Notes: generated from the sequence alone by a model not told the origin. 64,000 nucleotides of DNA from Fidelibacterota bacterium (GCA_042577295.1 JBHPEE010000001.1:10506-74505), one strand, 5' to 3'. Shown: positions 21,658-34,563, numbered from the stretch's first letter. Numbers and translations: made by a program.

Positions 21658-22434
21658 TTATTTCTGTTTCTCTTCCACAAAAAAAGTATCATTAATACCT
21701 TTATTAACTTTATAATCTGAAAATTTTAGGGTGATCATTCCTGATATTCCATTTTTTTGTGAATCCCCCTGCTGGCTACCAAATTGATGTTTCGCTCCAA
21801 ACGTATCTTCCATTCCGGATGACATTACGCCTAAATATTTAAAGCTAATGATAGTTTCTTTTGGTAAATAAATATCTTCGGCAACTGATCCATATTCTGT
21901 TTCTATTTCAACAACTTTTGATGTATCCATCCAAGTTTCAGATTTTATTAATGTCCAGTTACTACGGTCAACCAATAGCCGCATTTTCAAATTTGGTACA
22001 GAACTCATATCACTCATCTTTTTAAATGTCAATGAATCGGGATTGAGCCTCCCTTGCAGTATCCAAACTTGTTTATCATCAAAATACTCAGCTCCTACAA
22101 CCGCTAAATCAGATAGATTGTCAAATATATCAACCGGAGATGTGATAATTCCTGATTTTGGGATTGCGGCAAAACCTTTTGTCTCTATTTTTTTCAAATT
22201 GGGCTTTTTAAACCAAAATTCAACTCGTTTTTTCGGCATCCTAAGCATTGGTGTTTTTATAGATATATCGATACGGACATAATAATCTTCTATTTGATTG
22301 TATTTTTTTTCCAAACTATCCAAAACAGATTCAGCTGTAGGGAAAATACTTGCCGAGGATTTGTTATTACCTTGAGCACTTAGATTGATAAATATTGTGA
22401 TAAGTACAATAAATATTATTTGTTGCTTCATCAA
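21658..22434 (-). CDS. Hypothetical secreted protein co-operonic with the ABC-2 exporter (possibly LolA-like fold)
   Basis: Signal peptide. Its start overlaps the permease stop by 4 nt. The fold assignment is a guess from size, composition and context. Confidence 0.35.
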   Translation of the reverse strand: MMKQQIIFIVLITIFINLSAQGNNKSSASIFPTAESVLDSLEKKYNQIEDYYVRIDISIKTPMLRMPKKRVEFWFKKPNLKKIETKGFAAIPKSGIITSPVDIFDNLSDLAVVGAEYFDDKQVWILQGRLNPDSLTFKKMSDMSSVPNLKMRLLVDRSNWTLIKSETWMDTSKVVEIETEYGSVAEDIYLPKETIISFKYLGVMSSGMEDTFGAKHQFGSQQGDSQKNGISGMITLKFSDYKVNKGINDTFFVEEKQK

Positions 22435-23270
22435 GTTGAAATATCCTTTCTTACAAATTGAATAATACTTATTGATATGAATATCATCGTGTATATAGCT
22501 AAAATGAGAGCATCATTGCCAATGTCTCCCCATGGAATTGGATCAAAAAATGCTTTTTGCCAAATATCAAAATATGATGTGAATAAATAAGGGCTAATTT
22601 TTTCAAAAATATCGATAGGAATATTTGCAATAGCCAATCCAATTATTATTATCGCCATCGCTCCGATAATTGGTCCAATACCATTATTAACCATTGATGA
22701 GAACATAAAACATAAAGTAACTACAACTATCATAACAAAGGAAGCAAAAAGAAATGCAAGAGCAAATCTTGCCCAAGCCATCTCCTGTGGTAATATTAAT
22801 ATCCCCTGATCGAAAACAACCAAATCACCAACTCCAAGCCATAAAGAACCCAAACCAAGACTCGTTATTACAAAAAATGTAATTAAGATAATAGTATATA
22901 TATATGTCGCAATTAATTTTGCGATTAATATCTGAAAACGGGATATTCTCCTTGTTAATATTATTCTAAAGGTCCCTGCGGCACCCTCGCCGGCAACCAC
23001 ATCCCCAGCTACTAACATTAATAAGAACGGGATGTGTACCCAAAGAAAATTCATTGTAATATATGTTACCAAAAATCCATTGAATATTGAACCAATAATA
23101 ATAAAAGAATCGCCTAACTGACGTGTAATGTCTTGCTCAATACCCGTAGCACCCTTAGAAAATCCCCAAATAATAAGTGGCATTAAAATTGCCAGCGCCA
23201 AGAAACCGAGCATACTTCGTACTTTCCCAAAAATCTTAATTAACTCAATACCTACTAATTTTAACAACAT
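22431..23270 (-). CDS. ABC-2-type transporter permease
   Basis: 279 aa with about 6 predicted TM helices, immediately downstream of the ABC ATPase (1-nt gap). Confidence 0.7.
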   Translation of the reverse strand: MLLKLVGIELIKIFGKVRSMLGFLALAILMPLIIWGFSKGATGIEQDITRQLGDSFIIIGSIFNGFLVTYITMNFLWVHIPFLLMLVAGDVVAGEGAAGTFRIILTRRISRFQILIAKLIATYIYTIILITFFVITSLGLGSLWLGVGDLVVFDQGILILPQEMAWARFALAFLFASFVMIVVVTLCFMFSSMVNNGIGPIIGAMAIIIIGLAIANIPIDIFEKISPYLFTSYFDIWQKAFFDPIPWGDIGNDALILAIYTMIFISISIIQFVRKDIST

Positions 23271-23271
23271 C

Positions 23272-24180
23272 TTAAATACTGTCTCCAGTAAGTGATAGAA
23301 AATAATCTTCTAACGAAGTTCGCGGAATAATAGCTGACACGTCAATATCAGCTTTTACCAATTCGCGCGTTAGTTGCTTCAAATTTTTATTTGCGATTCT
23401 AATTTTAAAGATTCCATCACTTTCAGTAATATTTGATACATAGTCTAAGTTCTCAAGAATCTTCCTTGCTTTTAATAGCGGTTTGATATTTATCTCAGTA
23501 ATAAATGTGTCAGATTCACTAAGTAAATCATGCACGCTACCAATTTTAATTAATTTACCTAAATTAATTATAGCCATCGTAGTACAGACCTGTTCCACCT
23601 CATGTAATATATGTGATGACAATAGTATTGTAATGCCTTTGTTCGATAGTTTCCGTATAAGATCACGCACTTCTTTCATTCCGCGTGGATCAAGACCATT
23701 TGTGGGTTCATCCAGTATTAATAATTTTGGGTCACTTAATAATGCCTGAGCAATTCCTAAGCGTTGTTTCATTCCTTGCGAATAAGCTTTTACTTTATCT
23801 TCTCCTCGATCGGTTAATCCAACGATCTCTAATATTTCGTCAATTTTATTTTTTTTAACGTTATCCATTGTCGCTAAGAGCGATAGATTTTTATATGCTG
23901 ATAAAAATTCATAAAAATCAGGACGCTCAACCAATGCTCCAACTCTCTGTAATGCCGAATTCTTGTTTTTTCTTAACGATTTACCGAATATTTCAATATC
24001 ACCTTCATCAGGCTTAATTAACGATAGCATTGATCTAATAGCTGTCGATTTACCAGCACCATTCGGCCCAAGGAAACCAAATATCTCTCCTTCCTTAATC
24101 TCAAAAGATAAATTATCGACAGCCTTACGTTTACCAAATGATTTTGTCAACGCTTTAACTGATAATATTGATTCTGGCAT
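23272..24180 (-). CDS. ABC transporter ATP-binding protein (ABC-2 subfamily)
   Basis: Walker A GPNGAGKST, signature YSQGMKQRL, Walker B LLILDEPTNGLD, and an H-loop. Confidence 0.9.
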   Translation of the reverse strand: MPESILSVKALTKSFGKRKAVDNLSFEIKEGEIFGFLGPNGAGKSTAIRSMLSLIKPDEGDIEIFGKSLRKNKNSALQRVGALVERPDFYEFLSAYKNLSLLATMDNVKKNKIDEILEIVGLTDRGEDKVKAYSQGMKQRLGIAQALLSDPKLLILDEPTNGLDPRGMKEVRDLIRKLSNKGITILLSSHILHEVEQVCTTMAIINLGKLIKIGSVHDLLSESDTFITEINIKPLLKARKILENLDYVSNITESDGIFKIRIANKNLKQLTRELVKADIDVSAIIPRTSLEDYFLSLTGDSI

Positions 24181-24342
24181 GAAAGAATTTCCATAGTTTA
24201 AATCATAGAAAAAAATATTTCTTTAGATAAAATAAAAAATTATTAAAAAGACCTTTTTGTCTTGTAATGGTGTAATTATTGTTTTTAAATTCTGTAGTGT
24301 ATACAGCAGTATTTCAGCATTGGCAAATACAGATACAATAAT

Positions 24343-24834
24343 ATGAATGACAATTTAATAGAAAATCCTACTACTCCATTATTCCCATTAAGGGTAGCGG
24401 CAGACTTAACGAGTACTTCAGTCTATGCTCTCAGACAATATGTTGATTTAGGTCTAATCATTCCGTATAAAACCCCTACTAATCGAAGATTATATTCCAG
24501 GGTTGATATCCAAAGGATTCTATGTATCCGAAGATATCTTGATGAGTACGGTTTAAACACTGCCGGAATCAAGGCACTTTTTGCTGCAGTTCCATGTTGG
24601 CTCATAAAACCCTGTACGGAATCCGATTGTGAACAATGTGATGCGTATACATCATTTACCCAACCGTGTTGGCAAGTATCTGTTAAAGGACCTACTTGTC
24701 AAGACGTTGATTGTCGTGTTTGTAAAGTTTACCGATTACCAGAAGAGTGTAATGATTTAAAAACAATATTTAAAAAATTTAATGAAGAAATGAATTATCA
24801 AAACAATACAAGTAAGGTAAATAGTAATAAATGA
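24343..24834 (+). CDS. MerR-family HTH regulator with C-terminal nine-cysteine domain
   Basis: N-terminal MerR/HspR-like wHTH (RVAADLTSTSVYALRQYVDLGLIIPYKTPTNRRLYSRVDIQRI). C-terminal Cys pattern C-x5-C-x4-C-x2-C-x9-C-x9-C-x4-C-x2-C-x8-C. Its stop overlaps the next gene's start (ATGA). Confidence 0.7.
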   Translation: MNDNLIENPTTPLFPLRVAADLTSTSVYALRQYVDLGLIIPYKTPTNRRLYSRVDIQRILCIRRYLDEYGLNTAGIKALFAAVPCWLIKPCTESDCEQCDAYTSFTQPCWQVSVKGPTCQDVDCRVCKVYRLPEECNDLKTIFKKFNEEMNYQNNTSKVNSNK

Positions 24835-26060
24835 AAAAATTAGTCATATTAGGAGCCGGTACAGCCGGCACAATGATTTTAAATAAATTAGAACCTGTCC
24901 TGGATAAAGAGGATTGGCAAATAACCATAGTAGATCAATATGAAACACATTATTACCAACCAGGCTTTCTGTTTATTCCCTTTGGTATTTATAACAAAAA
25001 AGATGTAATAAAACCAAAGCGAGACTTCTTTCCATCAAGCGTTGATGTTATTTTCGATTCAATTGATAAGATACAACCAGATGAAAATAAAGTTCTCTTT
25101 GCAAACAACAAAGTGTTGAACTATGATTATTTAATAATAGCAACTGGATGCAAGATTAATCCAGGTGAAACTGAGGGATTAGCAGAAGACGGTTGGCACA
25201 AAAATATATTTGATTTTTATACAATTGAAGGAGCAATAGGATTAGCACATTTTCTTAAATATTGGGAAGGTGGAAAAATGGTGTTGAATATTACGGAGAT
25301 GCCGATTAAATGTCCCGTCGCACCACTTGAATTTGTATTCTTAGCTGATTGGTGGTTTACGGAACAGGGGATTCGTGATAAAGTAGAAATTTCATTTGTT
25401 ACACCTTTGGATGGGGCTTTCACTAAACCACGTGCATCTAAAGTATTTGGAGACTTTCTATCTAAAAAAAATATAAACTTAATTCCTGATTTTAGCATCA
25501 GCCGTGTTGATCATGAAAATAATAAAATTATTTCTTGGGAAGAGAAAGAAGTTCCATACGATCTATTAGTTACTATCCCAACCAATATGGGCGATGAATT
25601 AATTGAGCGTTCCGGCATGGGCGATGAATTAAATTTTGTGCCTACTGACAAACAAACACTTCAATCTAAAAGCCATAAAAATATCTTTATTATGGGCGAT
25701 GCAACCGATTTACCGAGTTCAAAAGCCGGGTCTGTAGCTCATTTTGAAGCTGATGTATTGTTTGAGAATTTCCTTAGTGCAATTGAAAATAGACCATTGA
25801 GAGCAAAATTTGATGGACATGCTAATTGTTACATTGAATCAGGTTTTGGTAAAGGTATTCTAATAGATTTTAATTATGATACTGAACCGTTACCGGGGAA
25901 ATACCCCCTACCGGGAGTTGGGCCATTCTCCCTTTTGGAAGAAACAAAAATGAACCACTACGGGAAAATAATGTTCCGATGGATGTATTGGAATTTGTTA
26001 TTACGCGGAGCCGAGCTGCCAATAGAATCACAAATGTTAATGGCGGGCAAGAGAAAATAA
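24831..26060 (+). CDS. sqr: Sulfide:quinone oxidoreductase-type FAD-dependent oxidoreductase
   Basis: Rossmann motif ILGAGTAGT. SQR-like redox Cys contexts PIKCPVAPLEF and FDGHANCYIESGFGKGILIDFNYD (compare SQRDL ...CPLVTGY...). C-terminal amphipathic segment. Confidence 0.75.
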   Translation: MKKLVILGAGTAGTMILNKLEPVLDKEDWQITIVDQYETHYYQPGFLFIPFGIYNKKDVIKPKRDFFPSSVDVIFDSIDKIQPDENKVLFANNKVLNYDYLIIATGCKINPGETEGLAEDGWHKNIFDFYTIEGAIGLAHFLKYWEGGKMVLNITEMPIKCPVAPLEFVFLADWWFTEQGIRDKVEISFVTPLDGAFTKPRASKVFGDFLSKKNINLIPDFSISRVDHENNKIISWEEKEVPYDLLVTIPTNMGDELIERSGMGDELNFVPTDKQTLQSKSHKNIFIMGDATDLPSSKAGSVAHFEADVLFENFLSAIENRPLRAKFDGHANCYIESGFGKGILIDFNYDTEPLPGKYPLPGVGPFSLLEETKMNHYGKIMFRWMYWNLLLRGAELPIESQMLMAGKRK

Positions 26061-26061
26061 A

Positions 26062-26751
26062 ATGGCTGATCAAAACTTAGAATTACAATTACAGTCGATC
26101 GATCGGAAATTAGATCTAATTTTTGAAGAATTGGCCGTGGTTCGCAGGCAACGAGAAGAACTGAACGAATTAAAACAAGATTTAACAATTATTGCAAAAG
26201 ATTTATTTAGTGCAGCAATTGATGAATTCGAAGATATTGCACCGTTTGTTCAAACCGGAGATTTTTTGCATCTGTTGAAGAAAATTCTACAAAACACTCA
26301 AAATATCACTATGGTAATGACAAAATTTGAAAGTGGGTTGGATTTCTTTGCCGATGCAAAACCTGTTGGCAAAGAATTATTTAATGATACTCTAGAAAAA
26401 TTAAATGAATTTGATCAAAAGGGCTATTTTCAATTTATCAAAGAGTTAATAAATGTAGCGGATCGAGTTGTAGAACATTTTTCAGAAAAAGATGTCAAGT
26501 TACTTGGTGATAACATTATTACAATCCTTGAAACTGTTAAAGGCTTAACGCAACCGGAAATGTTATCGGCAATGAATAATGCCGTTGGTATTTATCAGAA
26601 TCTTGATCCCAAAGATACACCTCAGTATTCTATTTGGAAAGTGATGCGTGAACTAAATACACCAGAAATGAAAAGGGGTATCGGTTATGTGATCACCTTT
26701 TTAAAGAAAATTACAGCAGAACAAGAAAATCAAAATAAACAAAGGAGTTAA
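26062..26751 (+). CDS. Helical protein, DUF1641-like (tentative)
   Basis: N-terminal coiled coil plus a helical C-terminal half. The assignment rests mainly on the recurrent pairing of DUF1641 proteins with SQR/NDH-2-type flavoproteins. No diagnostic motif was verified by eye. Confidence 0.4.
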   Translation: MADQNLELQLQSIDRKLDLIFEELAVVRRQREELNELKQDLTIIAKDLFSAAIDEFEDIAPFVQTGDFLHLLKKILQNTQNITMVMTKFESGLDFFADAKPVGKELFNDTLEKLNEFDQKGYFQFIKELINVADRVVEHFSEKDVKLLGDNIITILETVKGLTQPEMLSAMNNAVGIYQNLDPKDTPQYSIWKVMRELNTPEMKRGIGYVITFLKKITAEQENQNKQRS

Positions 26752-26753
26752 AT

Positions 26754-27071
26754 ATGGTAGCAAGAGAAATTGCCGGGGTTACAGTTGATGTTGATATTGA
26801 TGGTTACATGACTGATTACAAATCATGGAATAAAGAAATAGCCGAAGCCTTTGCAAAAGAACAAGGAATTGATGAATTAACTGATCGTCACAATATCGTT
26901 ATCGAATTTATGCGTAAGGAATTTGAAGAAAACGGTACCGGACCATCAATACGGAAATTAAATAAACAAAGCGGTGTTTCTACTAAAGAATTATACCAGC
27001 TTTTCCCAGGTGGGCCTGCAAAGAAAGCCGCACTTATTGCCGGAATACCAAAACCTCAAGGTTGCATTTAA
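26754..27071 (+). CDS. TusE/DsrC-family sulfur-relay protein (single C-terminal Cys)
   Basis: 105 aa. The C-terminus LFPGGPAKKAALIAGIPKPQGCI matches the TusE/DsrC signature (LFP.GPAK.A..IAG.PKP..C-x). The second, upstream DsrC Cys is absent. Confidence 0.85.
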   Translation: MVAREIAGVTVDVDIDGYMTDYKSWNKEIAEAFAKEQGIDELTDRHNIVIEFMRKEFEENGTGPSIRKLNKQSGVSTKELYQLFPGGPAKKAALIAGIPKPQGCI

Positions 27072-27086
27072 GAATAGGAGAAAATC

Positions 27087-27599
27087 ATGAGTGAATATGA
27101 GCCAATAAAAAAGGTTTCGCTTGTTTGTGCTAAGGGTGGATTGGAAGAAGTTTATCCATCATTGATTATGGCCAACGGCGCCCGCATGGAAGGAATTGAA
27201 GCATCTATTTTCTTTACATTTTTTGGTCTGAACGCTATTGTTAAAAAAACACATGGAAACTTAAAGGTTGCCACTGTCGGTAACGCTGCGTTAAACCTTG
27301 CGATGCCAATGTTAAAAATGCCGATTACAATGCCATTCCCAACATTATTAGGTGCAATTCCTGGAGTATCAAATTTTGCAACTTGGTTAATGAAAAGAGA
27401 AATGGAAAAACTAGATGTGCCACCCGTTGGCGAATTTTTAGAAATGATGAGCGATGCTGGTGTCGAAATTTATGCCTGTAAAATGACTGTTGATATGTAT
27501 GGTTTAACTATGGATGATTTTGTGCCACAGGTTAGTGGAATAATGACAGTTGGCGAATTCTATGAAAAATCTGCCGGTGCTCAAATAATTTTTACATAA
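27087..27599 (+). CDS. DsrE/DsrF-like (COG2210-type) sulfur-transfer family protein
   Basis: 170 aa with a DsrE-like fold pattern (VSLVCAKGGLEEVYPSLIMANGA...FFTFFGL) and a conserved Cys in VEIYACKMT. Confidence 0.65.
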   Translation: MSEYEPIKKVSLVCAKGGLEEVYPSLIMANGARMEGIEASIFFTFFGLNAIVKKTHGNLKVATVGNAALNLAMPMLKMPITMPFPTLLGAIPGVSNFATWLMKREMEKLDVPPVGEFLEMMSDAGVEIYACKMTVDMYGLTMDDFVPQVSGIMTVGEFYEKSAGAQIIFT

Positions 27600-27642
27600 A
27601 ACTATCGACCGATTAAACAAGTATACGGATAATATCTTAAAA

Positions 27643-27680
27643 AATTGCGGGCAATTTTCAAATAACCAATTGCCCGCAAT
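27643..27680. terminator. Intrinsic terminator between the convergent sulfur operon and the T9SS-cargo gene
   Basis: ATTGCGGGCAATT - 11-nt loop - AATTGCCCGCAAT, a perfect 13-bp stem. An A5 run lies 5' on the plus strand, which is a T5 run after the hairpin on the minus strand. Confidence 0.7.
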
Positions 27681-27690
27681 CAATATAATA

Positions 27691-28872
27691 TTATTTAAGC
27701 AAGACCATTTTATTGGTCTGTATAAATCCTTCAGCTTCAATCTGATAAATATAAACACCGGCATTTACCAAATTACCTGTATAATCTCTGCCATCCCAAT
27801 TAATTGATCTACTCCCTACCGGTTCGATTTGGTTAACCAATGTAATAATTTCTCTGCCTAATAGATCGAATACTGAAATCTTTATATTTGATTCTCTGCT
27901 AACATCGTAAAAAATTGTCGTAGTCGGATTAAACGGATTTGGGAAGTTTTGGTGTAATTGGAACTCATTTGGAATTGTAAGATTTTCTTCCACGCTAGAC
28001 AAATTTGTCAATTCATTAAACTCAACTGTATGATTATTAAAATTGGGGACAATTAGAATACCTGTGTTACTATTTGTTTTGGTTAATTTATTAATCTTTT
28101 CCGTGGAAGTTAATTCATGAAAAAAAATGTCTGCAGGTCCATCATGCTGGCTCGACACCAAATATGGATTATCAGATAAACCACCATTAACACCTGAAAA
28201 ATCACTATTAAATCTATAGATGGAATTATTTCCCCAATAAGATATATAATAATTACCAACCATATCGCATGCAATACCATCAGGCTGATCTAATGTGGTT
28301 GCTCTAATTTGTGATATTGTTCTATCACCCATATTGACAGCCATTATTGGTGCATTGCTTATCATCGGAACAAATATTAACCGGCTATTATCACCATCCC
28401 AATACAATCCATTCGGGTTTGATAAACTTTCAGCTAATGTTTCATATGATCCCCCGCTAATGATTAATTTGTATATTTTTCCTGTTTCTGTATCACTGAC
28501 AAATAAGATATCCGAATTGTCACTGGTTATATCATTTAAAAATCCCATACCTGGAATTACAACTGTTTGAGTAATTGTACCCGCAGGAAGCGATATAAAA
28601 ACAACGCCTTCATCTGCTGCTGCAAAAAGCGTATTTCCAATTATACAAAGTCCTCTAACACTTGTTAAATCACTATTCAATACACTTTTTGAATTAGTAT
28701 CATTAGCGTCAACTTTTAATATTTTCCCATCACCTTTATTTGAAACATAATAACAGTTATTGTTAGGATCATAAACAGCGCTTTCCGGATTATTGTAAGC
28801 TTGGGCGAATATTATATTAGAAAGGAATGGACATATAAATATTAGAAGAAATAATGACCTTATTAATTTCAT
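27691..28872 (-). CDS. Secreted beta-propeller protein (NHL/SMP-30-like repeats) with T9SS C-terminal sorting domain
   Basis: Signal peptide and repeated ...G.a.D..gn.Yvs... blades. The C-terminal ~80 aa (LHQNFPNPFNPTTTIFYDV...GVYIYQIEAEGFIQTNKMVLLK) is a Por secretion CTD. Confidence 0.75.
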   Translation of the reverse strand: MKLIRSLFLLIFICPFLSNIIFAQAYNNPESAVYDPNNNCYYVSNKGDGKILKVDANDTNSKSVLNSDLTSVRGLCIIGNTLFAAADEGVVFISLPAGTITQTVVIPGMGFLNDITSDNSDILFVSDTETGKIYKLIISGGSYETLAESLSNPNGLYWDGDNSRLIFVPMISNAPIMAVNMGDRTISQIRATTLDQPDGIACDMVGNYYISYWGNNSIYRFNSDFSGVNGGLSDNPYLVSSQHDGPADIFFHELTSTEKINKLTKTNSNTGILIVPNFNNHTVEFNELTNLSSVEENLTIPNEFQLHQNFPNPFNPTTTIFYDVSRESNIKISVFDLLGREIITLVNQIEPVGSRSINWDGRDYTGNLVNAGVYIYQIEAEGFIQTNKMVLLK

Positions 28873-29046
28873 ATTAACCTCCAATTAATAAATTGATAGG
28901 TTATAATATAAATATAGTTGGTGTTTTTAAAAAAAGGGAACTTAATCGAACAGATTAGCAGGCTTCATTGTCAGAAAATAAAATAATATTGTTTAATTTA
29001 CGGTAACCCATCGTGTCAATTGCCTAAAATTACTGTAAATTTGACC

Positions 29047-32546
<3,500 letters not shown>

Positions 32547-32561
32547 TTAAATTAGGCGCTT

Positions 32562-32915
32562 ATGAATAAACATGAAATGATGAGTATGAAGGATATCACC
32601 GATGATGTGGTATTACTAATCCTTGCTAATACTGAAGTATTGGCTGATATCGGTGTAACTCAAAAAACAATTTATGCCAAAGTTCTTGGCTATGATGATT
32701 ATGGATTGTGGATTGAATTTTCTAACTTTAAAATACCAAAAATAAAAACAGCTAAAGGAGAGAAACCCAAACGTCCAATCTATCAATCTGTTACCGGTTC
32801 ACTTTTAATACCCTGGCTATATATTACATCAATTGTGCATTTCCCGGGTGTCGAGGGTTTTGATTTTCCAAGCCCGTTTGAGTTTCATATTGGTTTTGAT
32901 GCAGAAAAAGAATAA
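32562..32915 (+). CDS. Hypothetical protein
   Basis: 117-aa ORF 15 nt after ligA on the same strand. No recognisable motif. Confidence 0.4.
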   Translation: MNKHEMMSMKDITDDVVLLILANTEVLADIGVTQKTIYAKVLGYDDYGLWIEFSNFKIPKIKTAKGEKPKRPIYQSVTGSLLIPWLYITSIVHFPGVEGFDFPSPFEFHIGFDAEKE

Positions 32916-32928
32916 AACTTAGATTAGT

Positions 32929-33882
32929 TTACCGCTCAACATAAGGAATAAAAGCTAGTATTGTTCCGGGGAATTTATCGGTAACAATTAAGAAACCTCT
33001 ATTATCCAAACGAACAATACCTTCCCAATTACGCGAGTCTCCGAATTCAGATAATTGAATATCAATTGGCGGTTTTTCTGTTCTGACTATTTGTCCATCT
33101 AATATTTGAAATTCTAATAATCGTTCTACCGGTTTAATATCCTCTTTTTTTATAATTATATAATTCAATTGCGGCTCTAGTAAATCATAGTCGCCGGGCC
33201 AAAAATAATTTGTCACCCAAAACCCGCCTTCACTGTCGATTTCAGTCGCGTCAGTAATCCGATATTCTGTGAACGGAAATGGTTTTATTGTATCTGATTT
33301 TAAATTTTTATCAAACTGATGATAAACCGGTGATCCGTTAACTTCCACAGAATTGACTTCATAAATTGCTATTACAGAATTATTATTTATTATGATTGTT
33401 TCGTAAGTCATATTACGCAAAGTAACCGGTGTGTTGATTTTTTTTAAACTTTTGCTATTAATTTTGATTTCACTCTTATTATTGTCAATAATTCCGCGGG
33501 CGATGAAACCCGAATTTATTTTACGTCTTTCTGCTTCAATTGTAACGTAAACCGTATCATTATTAAAAATAATTGATTCGTATCCTTCAAACCCTTTTAT
33601 TTGTTTATCAAGACTTGATGAATTCCACCTAATTTCGTTTGGCAAAATCGTAGTTCGGGATGAATCAAGATATTCAATAATTTGTGTTTTTGGAATAGAG
33701 TATACCACATCCTTTGGATACTGAGGTAATAAAATTAAATTACCATTGTACCAAGCCAGTCCAGAGATTTCTTGGTTAGGACTAGTAATGTCCCCATTTA
33801 GAATAATATATATTGGGTTGATAGCTTGACTAAAAATAATCAATGGAAAAAGTATAATAAATTTGAATACAGTATTCTTCAT
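32929..33882 (-). CDS. Hypothetical secreted protein (beta-rich)
   Basis: Signal peptide MKNTVFKFIILFPLIIFSQA with beta-strand-rich composition. No motif recognised. Confidence 0.45.
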   Translation of the reverse strand: MKNTVFKFIILFPLIIFSQAINPIYIILNGDITSPNQEISGLAWYNGNLILLPQYPKDVVYSIPKTQIIEYLDSSRTTILPNEIRWNSSSLDKQIKGFEGYESIIFNNDTVYVTIEAERRKINSGFIARGIIDNNKSEIKINSKSLKKINTPVTLRNMTYETIIINNNSVIAIYEVNSVEVNGSPVYHQFDKNLKSDTIKPFPFTEYRITDATEIDSEGGFWVTNYFWPGDYDLLEPQLNYIIIKKEDIKPVERLLEFQILDGQIVRTEKPPIDIQLSEFGDSRNWEGIVRLDNRGFLIVTDKFPGTILAFIPYVER

Positions 33883-33912
33883 GTACTTACATAAATTCCG
33901 TTGTGAATTTAG

Positions 33913-34563
33913 ATGAGAACATTAAAACAAATGAATAACTTTGATCAACAACGCACAAAAATGGTGGAAGATCAAATCCGAAGCAGAGGAATCTCCGATA
34001 AACGCGTTCTGAGCGTAATGGCAACCGTCCCACGACATCTATTTGTAGATGAGCATCAACAGCGATTAGCATACTTTGATGGACCTTTACCAATCGGCCA
34101 TGGACAGACAATCAGTCAACCGTACATCGTAGCTTTTATGACGGAAGAATTACGAATTCTAGCAAATCATTCAGTATTAGAGATTGGTACGGGTTGCGGT
34201 TATCAATCCGCTGTTTTATCAATGTTGGCAAAAGAGGTTATTTCATTGGAATATGTAGCAAAATTAGCTGAAACTGCTCGTAAAAGATTGAACCAACTCG
34301 ACCATCATAATGTTCAAATTTACAATGCAAACGGAATGGATGGGTGGGAAGAAAATGCACCGTACGACAGAATAATCGGAACTGCTGCTCCTACATCCAT
34401 GCCGGACAAATTAATTGAACAATTGGCACCACTAGGCAGAATGATAATTCCGGTTGGAGGTAGTATTTTTGATCAATCCCTTTTTATTATTACGAAGAAC
34501 AAAAAAGGAGCAGTAAAAATTAAGCGTTCCCTTTCTGTGCGATTTGTACCAATGGTTGGTTAA
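33913..34563 (+). CDS. pcm: Protein-L-isoaspartate O-methyltransferase
   Basis: GQTISQPYIVAFMTE and SAM motif LEIGTGCGYQSAVL, with a C-terminal ...VRFVPM. Confidence 0.9.
   Translation: MRTLKQMNNFDQQRTKMVEDQIRSRGISDKRVLSVMATVPRHLFVDEHQQRLAYFDGPLPIGHGQTISQPYIVAFMTEELRILANHSVLEIGTGCGYQSAVLSMLAKEVISLEYVAKLAETARKRLNQLDHHNVQIYNANGMDGWEENAPYDRIIGTAAPTSMPDKLIEQLAPLGRMIIPVGGSIFDQSLFIITKNKKGAVKIKRSLSVRFVPMVG

Noticed and set aside
24298-24305. TGTATACA palindrome as a MerR operator upstream of the sulfur operon
   Set aside because: It is only 8 bp, with no extended dyad symmetry and no recognisable -35/-10 pair with the 19-20-bp spacer typical of MerR promoters. It could easily arise by chance in AT-rich DNA.
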